Part shown: positions 32,434 to 38,942 of the stretch, in pieces | How positions within the stretch are numbered: the first letter of the stretch is position 1 | Layout of the letters: the number at the start of each line of letters is the position of its first letter | Source: Candidatus Sulfotelmatobacter sp. | Lineage (GTDB): Bacteria > Methylomirabilota > Methylomirabilia > Methylomirabilales > DASPOZ01 | Length of the DNA stretch: 38,942 nt | NCBI GenBank assembly: GCA_035625755.1 | Contig: DASPOZ010000101.1 | Coordinates: 1 to 38,942, forward strand | Direction: 5' to 3' | Notes under the pieces: generated by a model | What the model was told of the DNA's origin: nothing | The model's database searches: none | The model's input: the letters and a program-made list of their open reading frames with translations, nothing else | Program-made: the position numbers and the translations under genes

Positions 32434-32615
32434 TGAGAGCCTGTGAAAAGATCCTTCAGGCTGCTGAAAAAGGCCCAGGTGCAAGGCGGCGCGCGATGCG
32501 AGGTGCGAGGCGTACTCGGTCCGTACGTCGCAGCGCCGCGCGAGCGCGCCAACGCCCCACCCGCTACCGCCGAGGCAGCGGGGAGGAACGGTGGGCCTTT
32601 TTCAGCAGCCTGTTA
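32434..32615 (+). repeat. Palindromic repeat, copy 7 (long form)
   Basis: TGA-GAGCCTGTGAAAAGATCC-TTCAGGCTGCTGAAAAAGGCCCAGGTGCAAGGCGGCGCGCGATGCGAGGTGCGAGGCGTAC..GTACGTCGCAGCGCCGCGCGAGCGCGCCAACGCC...GGGCCTTTTTCAGCAGCCTG-TTA. Confidence 0.9.
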
Positions 32616-32632
32616 GGGGAAGGAGCAGCGCC

Positions 32633-33694
32633 ATGGCAGAGACCACGCCGGTCCGCCTCACCAGCCTCTCGCACGGGGCGGGGTGAGCCTGCAAGATCGG
32701 TCCCAGCGACCTGGCTCAGGTCCTGAGCCAGCTACCCAAGTTCGAGGACGCCAACGTGCTGGTGGGCGCCGAGACCGCCGACGATGCGGCCGTGTATCGC
32801 CTGGGGCCCGACCTGGCCCTGGTACAGACATTGGACTACTTCACGCCCATCGTGGACGATCCCTACAGTTTCGGCGCCATCGCCGCCGCCAACGCCCTGA
32901 GCGACCTCTACGCCATGGGTGCCACGCCCCTCTTCGCCCTCAACGTCGTCGGCTTCCCGGTGAACAAGCTGCCGCTGGCCGTGCTCAAGGACATCCTGCG
33001 GGGCGGCGCGGACAAGGCCCGGGAGGCCGGCATCGGCATCGTGGGCGGCCACAGCATCGACGACGCCGAACCCAAGTACGGGCTGGTGTGCACCGGCCGC
33101 GTCCACCCGGACCGGATCTGGAAGAACGTGGGGGCCCGTCCGGGCGACGACCTGGTGCTCACCAAGCCGCTGGGGATGGGCATCATCAGCACCGCCATCA
33201 AGCGCGAGAAGGCGGCGCCGGCCCTGATCCAGCGGGCCATCGAGATCATGGCCACCCTGAACCGTGGCGCCGCGGATGCCGTGGCCGCGTGCGGCGGGGC
33301 CGACGCCGTGACGGACGTCACCGGGTTCGGCCTGCTGGGGCACCTGCGCGAGATGACGGCGGGGAGCGCCGTGGGGGCGCGCCTGCGCCTGGGCGACGTC
33401 CCGATCCTGGAGGGCGTCTGGGACCTGGCGCGGGCAGGCCTGGTGCCGGGCGGGACGCAGCGCAACTTCCAGCACCTCCAGGCCACCCACGCCGTGGAAT
33501 GGGGCGCCGGGATCACGGAACTGGAACAACTCGTCCTCAGCGACGCGCAGACCTCGGGGGGCCTGCTGGTGGCCGTTCCCCACGCGCGCACAGTCGCCCT
33601 GCTGGACCACCCCCGCGCCGCCCGAACGCCCGCCGCCGCCCGCATCGGCGAGATTGTGGCAGACCCATCCGGCCGCATCTGGGTGGACCGCTAG
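32633..33694 (+). CDS. selD: Selenide, water dikinase (selenophosphate synthetase), Sec-containing form
   Basis: ATG 32633 with GGAAGGAG upstream. Reads MAETTPVRLTSLSHGAG-[TGA 32684-86]-ACKIGPSDL..., then joins in frame with the tracked ORF 32756-33694. The TGA sits exactly at the catalytic Cys/Sec of the SHGAG(C/U)GCK motif. Confidence 0.88.
32711..32731 (+). promoter_or_regulatory. Candidate bacterial SECIS hairpin
   Basis: CTGGCTCAG-GTC-CTGAGCCAG, a 9-bp perfect stem with AGGUCC at the apex. It begins 24 nt after the UGA. Confidence 0.55.
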
Positions 33695-33973
33695 TCCCCC
33701 GTCCCCGCCCCTCCTGCATCTCGCAGCGCCATGGGCCCTCACCCCCTCGTGGCGCCGCCCTCCCGCGATTGACCGCCTGAAAACGGCGGCATCCGTGCCC
33801 GTCTGAGGCGGGCGGAGTGGTGGGATCAGTCGGTTGAGCCCCCGGGGCGGCGTTGTCCGGGGCGTCAGCAGAACGGTGCTCATGCCCTTCGGGAGGATCT
33901 ACTCAACCAGGCAGCCCCGGGGGCACGCCCTCAACCGCTCTGGTGCATTTTCGTGAGGTGGGGGTCGGACGGA

Positions 33974-34342
33974 TCACACGGCGGCGAGCCAGCGGCGGAT
34001 GGCGTAGTCGGGCTCGATGAGGCCGGTGCGGAGGAAGGGGTCCGCCTCCATGATGCGGTGGGCCTCGCGCTCGTCTGGAACGTTGCAGAGATACATGCCG
34101 TCCTTGAGGTCCGCGAAGGGGCCGGCGCCGCGCAGGATGCCGGCCTCGCGCAGGCGGAGGAGGTACGCCAGGCGTTCGACGAACAGGCGGGCAAACTCCT
34201 CGGGCTGGCCCAGGGCCGTCAGCGCGGCCACGGACGGCGCGCTCCCTCCCCGCGCGGCTTCCGCCACCGCGTCCATCACCCCGGGGCGGGACAGGTTCGC
34301 CGTGGCCGCCGGGGCCAGGCGGAGGAAGATGGCGCAGAGCAC
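33974..34342 (-). CDS. YciI-like protein
   Basis: GTG 34342 preceded by AGGAGGG (6-nt spacer). ...LRLREAGILRGAGPF... The family call is tentative. Confidence 0.55.
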   Translation of the reverse strand: MLCAIFLRLAPAATANLSRPGVMDAVAEAARGGSAPSVAALTALGQPEEFARLFVERLAYLLRLREAGILRGAGPFADLKDGMYLCNVPDEREAHRIMEADPFLRTGLIEPDYAIRRWLAAV

Positions 34343-34409
34343 GTTGGACCCTCCTGCTTCGGGAGCGTGCACGGATACGGGTACGGGAACGGAGCCGGGG
34401 GAACTCCTG

Positions 34410-35132
34410 CTACGGGGCCAAGTGCTGGAGGAAGAAGGCCAGGGTGCGGCGCCAGGCATCCCGGGCGAACTCGGCACGATAGGCATCCTTGCGGGTGTTG
34501 TTGAAGAAGGCGTGCGGGGCCTCGTAGGTGACCACCTCGCCGGGCTTCCCGAACCGGTCCAGGGCCGCCCGCAGGCGGTCCACATCCCGCCGGGTGATCC
34601 ACTGGTCCTGCGTCCCGTGGAAGTAGAGGATGGGACAGGTGAGGCCGCGGAGGGGCTCCGGCGGGTCCGGCACCTGGCCGTAGAAGGGCACCGCGGCCCG
34701 GATCCCCTTGCGCACGCACGGCAGGAGCAGGGCGTAGGTGCCGCCCATGCAGAAGCCCACCACGCCGATGCGCCGCCGGTCGGCAGCCGGCTGCGCCTGG
34801 AGGAAGCGCAGGGCCGCCCCCAAGTCCGCCAGGGCGTCCTTCGGCGCGAGCCGCCCCATGAGGCGGGCGGCCTCGGCCGGGTCCTTCGTGACCCGGTTCC
34901 CCTGGCGCGAATACAGGTCCGGAGCCAGCGCCACGTAGCCCTGGCGGGCGAAGCGGGCCGCGACGTCCATGATGTGCGGGTTCAGGCCCCACCACTCCTG
35001 GATCACCAGGACGCCGGGGAAGGGCCCGCGCCCCCGCGGGCGCGTCAGAAAGGCGCGCACGCTGCGGCGGCCGCTGGGAAAGGACACCATCCGCTTCGAG
35101 ATCGCCGCCGCCTGCGCCATCATGGCCGTCAT
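34410..35132 (-). CDS. Dienelactone hydrolase family protein
   Basis: VLVIQEWWGLN. Nucleophile elbow GFCMGG. C-terminal HAFFN. ATGA overlap with the upstream gene. Confidence 0.85.
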   Translation of the reverse strand: MTAMMAQAAAISKRMVSFPSGRRSVRAFLTRPRGRGPFPGVLVIQEWWGLNPHIMDVAARFARQGYVALAPDLYSRQGNRVTKDPAEAARLMGRLAPKDALADLGAALRFLQAQPAADRRRIGVVGFCMGGTYALLLPCVRKGIRAAVPFYGQVPDPPEPLRGLTCPILYFHGTQDQWITRRDVDRLRAALDRFGKPGEVVTYEAPHAFFNNTRKDAYRAEFARDAWRRTLAFFLQHLAP

Positions 35133-36319
35133 TCCGTGTAGAGGATGAGTTGCAGCGCCAGGGCCAGCGTGAAGCCCGGCCACGCGACGGCCGCCGCGCG
35201 CCCCCGCCAGAGCCCCCAATCCGCCAGGATCTTGGTCACGCCGATCAGGATCGCCGTGAGCCCCTCGGTCACGTGGGGAAGGTTGGCGCGTCCCAGGTAG
35301 CCGAAGTTGCTGACCGCGTGCTGGTGCTGCAGCAGGATGGCGCCCGCGCCGATGGAGAGGACCGGGAGGAACAGCCCCCAGACCCGGGACCGCAGCGCCC
35401 CGCGCAGGCGCAGGAACTCCACCAGGCCCAGGGCCAGCACGATCACGCCCGAGAGCTTGTGTTCGCGCACCTCCTCGCTGGCCAGGCTCTGCGCCAGCGT
35501 CAAGTCCCCCACCGGCCATCCCTCGGGATCGCTGAAGACCAGGATGAGCACCCCGATGGCCATGGCCAGGATCGTCCACGCCGGGCGGAGCCGGGGCCAG
35601 AACCGCCCCTGGAAGGCCTGCGGGAGCATGAGGCCCCCAATGAGCAGGACGATCCACCCTGCCACATGGTGGTTCCGGTTGGAATATTCCGCATCCGCGG
35701 CCCAGGCATCCCAAGTCCAGAAGCCGCCGGGGGGCAGGCTGTGGTCGTCGAACGGGGCCAGGAGTGGGTTCACGCGGGCGAACATCCCCGACGGGTTCGG
35801 ATACCAGACCCAGACCCGGATGGACCAGTAGGCCGGCTGCCACGCGGCCAGGGCGGCGCCCTCGGGATGCGTGGCCGGGCACCGATCCCGGGCGCGCTCC
35901 TGGAGTTCGTGCCAGTCGGCGTAGCGGCAGACGGCGGGCTCCCACGTCCACCGGATGCCGGGGAAGGGTTCCACCGCCGGGCGCCCCTCCCCCGCCACGG
36001 CATACTCCACCCCGGCGAGCTGCCATCGCTCGCCCTGCTTCAGGTAGAAGAGCGCCGCGGGCCGATCGAAGGCGACGGCCGTGATCCCGGGCTGCGCGAA
36101 GCGGTATCCGAGCAGCGGAAGGTTGCCCGAGGCCTGGACGTAACCGGCCGCGCGGGCCGCCGCCGGGTCCTGGAAACGGGCCGTGGCATCGCGGATCTCG
36201 GCGATGCGCTTGGCCAGGTACACGTCCTTGGGCGGCTGCGCCCCGAAATGGGCGGCGGCGGGAGCGGCGGCGGCGAGGAACACCGGAAGCCACGCGACCG
36301 TGCGCAGGAAGGGTGTCAT
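35129..36319 (-). CDS. Secreted/membrane protein: signal peptide + periplasmic domain + C-terminal His-rich multi-TM domain, unknown function
   Basis: MTPFLRTVAWLPVFLAAAAPAAAHF signal-like N-terminus. The TM region carries NHHVAGW, EHKLSG, QHQHAV and PHVTEG. No family recognised. Confidence 0.7.
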   Translation of the reverse strand: MTPFLRTVAWLPVFLAAAAPAAAHFGAQPPKDVYLAKRIAEIRDATARFQDPAAARAAGYVQASGNLPLLGYRFAQPGITAVAFDRPAALFYLKQGERWQLAGVEYAVAGEGRPAVEPFPGIRWTWEPAVCRYADWHELQERARDRCPATHPEGAALAAWQPAYWSIRVWVWYPNPSGMFARVNPLLAPFDDHSLPPGGFWTWDAWAADAEYSNRNHHVAGWIVLLIGGLMLPQAFQGRFWPRLRPAWTILAMAIGVLILVFSDPEGWPVGDLTLAQSLASEEVREHKLSGVIVLALGLVEFLRLRGALRSRVWGLFLPVLSIGAGAILLQHQHAVSNFGYLGRANLPHVTEGLTAILIGVTKILADWGLWRGRAAAVAWPGFTLALALQLILYTE

Positions 36320-36355
36320 CGCTCTCCGGGGTTGAGGCACGCGGGCGACGCGGCG

Positions 36356-36384
36356 ATTGTTACGATTTTCCGCGACAGCGTCAA
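36356..36384 (-). promoter_or_regulatory. Possible promoter TTGACG-17-AACAAT
   Basis: Read directly from the minus strand between the cupin stop and the membrane-protein start. Confidence 0.3.
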
Positions 36385-36444
36385 GGTTTTTTCGCCCCGC
36401 CGCCGGGGTCGGGTTGGCCCGCGCAACCCGCGCTACCTGGCCGT

Positions 36445-36768
36445 TCAGTGGGCGATGGGTGGGGCGATAAAGACCAGGAGGCGAAGGTTGGTTGGCCCCG
36501 GGTTGCTGACCCCATGCTCCACGCCGGCCCGCGCCAGGACGGCGCGGCCAGGACCCAGCGTGACCTTCTCCCCCGCCACCTGGAAGTCCCCCCGCCCCTC
36601 CAGGACCACGTACACCTTGTCCTCGGCAGCGTGCACGTGGGGCCGCTGGCTCTGGCCCGGCCCCAGGCAGTACAGGTCCGTCATGGACCGCTGCGTGTCG
36701 AACAGGCTCACCTTTTGCATCTTTTCCGGCGCGTAGCGGGCCCGCGCCACTAGATCCGCCGTCTCCAT
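36445..36768 (-). CDS. Cupin-domain protein
   Basis: ATG 36768 with GGGGAGGGG upstream. Cupin motifs G.G...PHVH...E and G....H. Confidence 0.75.
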   Translation of the reverse strand: METADLVARARYAPEKMQKVSLFDTQRSMTDLYCLGPGQSQRPHVHAAEDKVYVVLEGRGDFQVAGEKVTLGPGRAVLARAGVEHGVSNPGPTNLRLLVFIAPPIAH

Positions 36769-36899
36769 CACCCCTCCCCTCGCCCCCGTCGACAGGCGCT
36801 CCCCCGCCGCGCGACGTCCTCCCCTGCCGGGCATCCGCCACTCCCCAAAGGAACCGAACCGCCCAACGATCCAACCACCGAACGGCCGGAAGCATGCGC

Positions 36900-36937
36900 A
36901 AAAAACGAAGGCCCCGGCCGGACGGGCCAGGGCCTTC
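36900..36937 (-). terminator. Rho-independent terminator after the SOD gene
   Basis: Minus strand reads GAAGGCCCTGGCCC..CCGGCCGGGGCCTTC followed by GTTTTTT. Confidence 0.8.
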
Positions 36938-36958
36938 CCGTGCCGTCGGTGGAGGGGG

Positions 36959-37585
36959 TTACCGGACCCACTTCTTGTAGCGCGCGTTGACACGGCCCCA
37001 GTGCAGGTTCCCCAGGAAATTATCGATGTACTTGGCGCGGCCGGGGCCGTCCTTGTGGTAATAGGCGTGCTCGAACACGTCGCACGAGATGAGGGGGATC
37101 CCCCCCCAGATGGCGCCGTAGTGATGTTCGTCCACCAGCACGTTCAGGAGCCGGTGCGAATACAGCGCGTCGTAAACCAGCACGGACCAGCCCGAAAGCT
37201 TGGCCGAGATACCCGCGGCCTTGAAGTCGGCCTTCCACGCGTCGAAGGAGCCGAATTCCTTCTCGATGGCGGCCTTCACGTCCGGCCCCTTGCCGGGGTC
37301 GCCGTCGCCGCCCATGACCTCCCAGTACACGTCGTGCAGCACCGTCCCGCCGTGGTTCCAGGTCATGCGGCGCTTCAGCTCGCCCACGTGGCTGTAGTTC
37401 CCGTTCGCCTTGGATCGGTCGGCCGTCTCCAGCTCCTTCTCGATGTTGTTCAGGAACGTCACGTAGCCCTTGTGGTGGGTGTTGTAGTGCCAGTCGGTGG
37501 TCTCCGGGCTCACGACGCTCTTCAGGAGCTCTTTCGCCTCCTGGTCCGAGTACGGGCGCGGGTTGAACTTCCACTCATAGGCCAT
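36959..37585 (-). CDS. Fe/Mn-family superoxide dismutase
   Basis: HYNTHHKGYV metal-ligand region and DVFEHAYY C-terminal motif. Strong GAGGAGGAG RBS. Confidence 0.9.
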   Translation of the reverse strand: MAYEWKFNPRPYSDQEAKELLKSVVSPETTDWHYNTHHKGYVTFLNNIEKELETADRSKANGNYSHVGELKRRMTWNHGGTVLHDVYWEVMGGDGDPGKGPDVKAAIEKEFGSFDAWKADFKAAGISAKLSGWSVLVYDALYSHRLLNVLVDEHHYGAIWGGIPLISCDVFEHAYYHKDGPGRAKYIDNFLGNLHWGRVNARYKKWVR

Positions 37586-37657
37586 GCGGATCTCCTCCTC
37601 GTGATGTGCGGGGTCGGGCCTTCAACCTGACGTGGGTCGAAGCAAGCCTCCGCGCGT

Positions 37658-37861
37658 TCAGGGCTTGACCTGCGCGTGCCAGGCCAATTGGATGGCCTCC
37701 AGCTTCCCTTCGCTGGCGCGGCTCGGATCGTCCGCGAAGTCGGCGAGCTCACAGATCATGCGGTGCAGGGTGGGAAAGTCCAGGTCCGTCGGGTCCTGAC
37801 CGGGATGGGCCCCCAGCAGTGCGTCCGCGATATCCTCGGCGTCCTCCCAGTAGAGCGGCAC
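37658..37861 (-). CDS. iscX: IscX (YfhJ)-like Fe-S assembly accessory protein
   Basis: ..WEDAEDIADALLGAHPGQDPTDLDFPTLHRMICELADFADDP.. parallels E. coli IscX as recalled. GTG start. Confidence 0.7.
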   Translation of the reverse strand: MPLYWEDAEDIADALLGAHPGQDPTDLDFPTLHRMICELADFADDPSRASEGKLEAIQLAWHAQVKP

Positions 37862-37874
37862 GGCGCGGCTCCGG

Positions 37875-38354
37875 CTAGGGGGTGTGGCGATGGGGACCCG
37901 TCCCCACCAGGTCGGGGCGCTGCTTCAGGGCCTCCCGCAGGGGGAGCAGCATGCGCTCCTTGTCGTAGATGAAGTCCCGGCGGCCGTACGAGGAGAACTC
38001 GTACTCCTTGCCCATGAAGATGGCGTCCTCGGGGCAGGCCTCCTCGCAGTAGCCGCAGAAGATGCAGCGGAGCATGTGGATCTTGTACACCTGCGCGTAC
38101 CGCTCGCCCCGGGACACGCGCCGCTCCTCGGTGTTCTCCGCCGCCTCGATGTAGATGGCGTCGGCGGGGCAGGCCACGGCGCAGAGCTCGCAGCCCACGC
38201 AGCGCTCCAGACCGTCCTCGTCCTTGATCAGGATCTGGCGACCCCGGTAGCGGTCCTGCAGGGGGGGCCTCACCTCCGGATACGGGATGGTCACCTCTCG
38301 CTTGAAGACGTGCTTCAGGGTCGTCCAGAGCCCCTTGACCAGCGCCAAGACCAT
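37875..38354 (-). CDS. nuoI: NuoI-type 2x[4Fe-4S] ferredoxin subunit (NADH-quinone oxidoreductase subunit I), orphan
   Basis: TLKHVFKREVTIPYPE N-terminus. CVGCELCAVACP and CIFCGYCEEACP. No other nuo genes adjacent. Confidence 0.85.
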   Translation of the reverse strand: MVLALVKGLWTTLKHVFKREVTIPYPEVRPPLQDRYRGRQILIKDEDGLERCVGCELCAVACPADAIYIEAAENTEERRVSRGERYAQVYKIHMLRCIFCGYCEEACPEDAIFMGKEYEFSSYGRRDFIYDKERMLLPLREALKQRPDLVGTGPHRHTP

Positions 38355-38383
38355 GGGTCCGGTTCCTTATGCCGCGCGGCCGC

Positions 38384-38857
38384 TCAGGCGCTCTTCCCCG
38401 CCGCGGCCAGCACCTCGGCGTAATTGGGCTCCACCTTGGGCTCGGGGGCCACCCACCGGTAGCGCACCACGCCGCCCCCGTCGATCAGGAAGACGGCCCG
38501 CTTGGCCACCGTGAGGCCCTTGATGCCGGCCAGGTCCGGGAAGACGACGTCGTAGGCCTTGATCACGTCCCGGTTCACGTCGCTGAGGAGCGGGAAGGTG
38601 ATGCCGTTCTCTTTACCGAAGGCCTTGTTGGCGAAGGGGGTGTCCGTGCTGATCCCCAGGACCTGCGCGTTGGCGCTGCCGAGCTGCGCCAGGCTGTCCC
38701 GGAAGGTGCACATCTCCTTGGTGCAGACGCCGGTGAAGGCGGCGGGATAGAAGGCCAGGATCACCTTCTTCCCCTTGAATTCGCTCAGACTGCGATCCTT
38801 CAGGTCGGTGTCCTTCAGGGTGAATGCCGGGGCCGCCTGGCCCACCTCGACCGCCAT
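38384..38857 (-). CDS. Peroxiredoxin (AhpC/TSA, Bcp/PrxQ-like)
   Basis: PAAFTGVCTKE peroxidatic-Cys motif. GGAAGGAGGAG RBS. Confidence 0.9.
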   Translation of the reverse strand: MAVEVGQAAPAFTLKDTDLKDRSLSEFKGKKVILAFYPAAFTGVCTKEMCTFRDSLAQLGSANAQVLGISTDTPFANKAFGKENGITFPLLSDVNRDVIKAYDVVFPDLAGIKGLTVAKRAVFLIDGGGVVRYRWVAPEPKVEPNYAEVLAAAGKSA

Positions 38858-38942
38858 GGGGACTCCTCCTTCCTTCCGTGGGTGGAGGGCCCGCCGCCGC
38901 CTCGACCTAGAGGCGGACGGCGAGGCCCTGTTGCTCGATGGG

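Noticed and set aside
572-32615. Possibility that the dispersed repeats are a CRISPR array or CRISPR remnants.
   Set aside because: The copies are kilobases apart, occur in both orientations and are 130-190 bp long with internal palindromes. No cas genes and no regular repeat-spacer periodicity are present.
32683-33780. 365-aa ORF overlapping selD in another frame.
   Set aside because: It is a Pro/Arg/Gly-rich shadow frame. The selD frame carries the conserved motifs and joins in phase to the upstream ATG through the Sec UGA.
33695-33973. Searched the 280-nt non-coding stretch downstream of selD for tRNA-Sec (selC) or another tRNA.
   Set aside because: No T-arm (GTTCGA/ATCC-like) or acceptor-stem pairing was recognised by eye, only small GC hairpins. 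A tRNAscan or ARAGORN run would be decisive.
38908-38942. Possible 3' end of a minus-strand gene at the right edge (...PIEQQGLAVRL, stop at 38908-10).
   Set aside because: Only 11 codons are visible, so it cannot be supported.

Overview
Visibly very GC-rich bacterial chromosomal segment with about 45 supportable genes and no rRNA, tRNA or CRISPR. All product calls come from reading motifs in the translations; no database search was possible.

Layout:
- (i) 876-5728 (+): gldA/F/G-like ABC-2 transporter operon plus a DUF4340-like gene, followed by an MFS transporter.
- (ii) 7298-8281 (-): small basic protein, RRM RNA-binding protein and ribosomal protein S21.
- (iii) 8426-21178 (-): one co-directional sulfur-assimilation supercluster. 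In transcription order it holds an Rrf2 regulator, cysK, a MoaD/CysO-like ubiquitin-like (Ubl) domain translationally fused to a MoeB/ThiF-type E1, cysM, a JAMM/Mec+ peptidase, YezD, a tandem rhodanese, ferredoxin-type sulfite reductase, a YeiH-like transporter, and two NIL-domain proteins. A clear SAM-I riboswitch sits between the two NIL genes. The cluster ends with a ThrC-like PLP enzyme and a second MoaD-like Ubl that carries a 39-aa tail after its Gly-Gly.
- (iv) 21295-27253 (+): AMMECR1 and purM-purN-purH-purD-purE.
- (v) 27452-32313 (+): GT39 / GT2 / UPF0104 / PAP2 envelope-glycolipid cluster.
- (vi) 32633-33694 (+): selD with an in-frame UGA (selenocysteine) that splits it in the ORF track.
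- (vii) 33974-38857 (-): redox/stress genes (YciI, dienelactone hydrolase, His-rich membrane protein, cupin, Fe/Mn SOD, IscX, orphan NuoI, peroxiredoxin).

Seven clear copies and one degenerate copy of a ~130-190 bp palindromic MITE/REP-like repeat are scattered through the intergenic space. Its termini read TA(G/A)CAGGCTGCTGAAAAAGG. Four genes use the element's terminal TAG/TAA as their stop codon.

The most interesting signals:
- the precursor-type sulfur-carrier proteins with a single JAMM peptidase;
- the riboswitch-controlled NIL/ThrC-like/Ubl operon, a predicted thiocarboxylate route to homocysteine;
- the repeat family.
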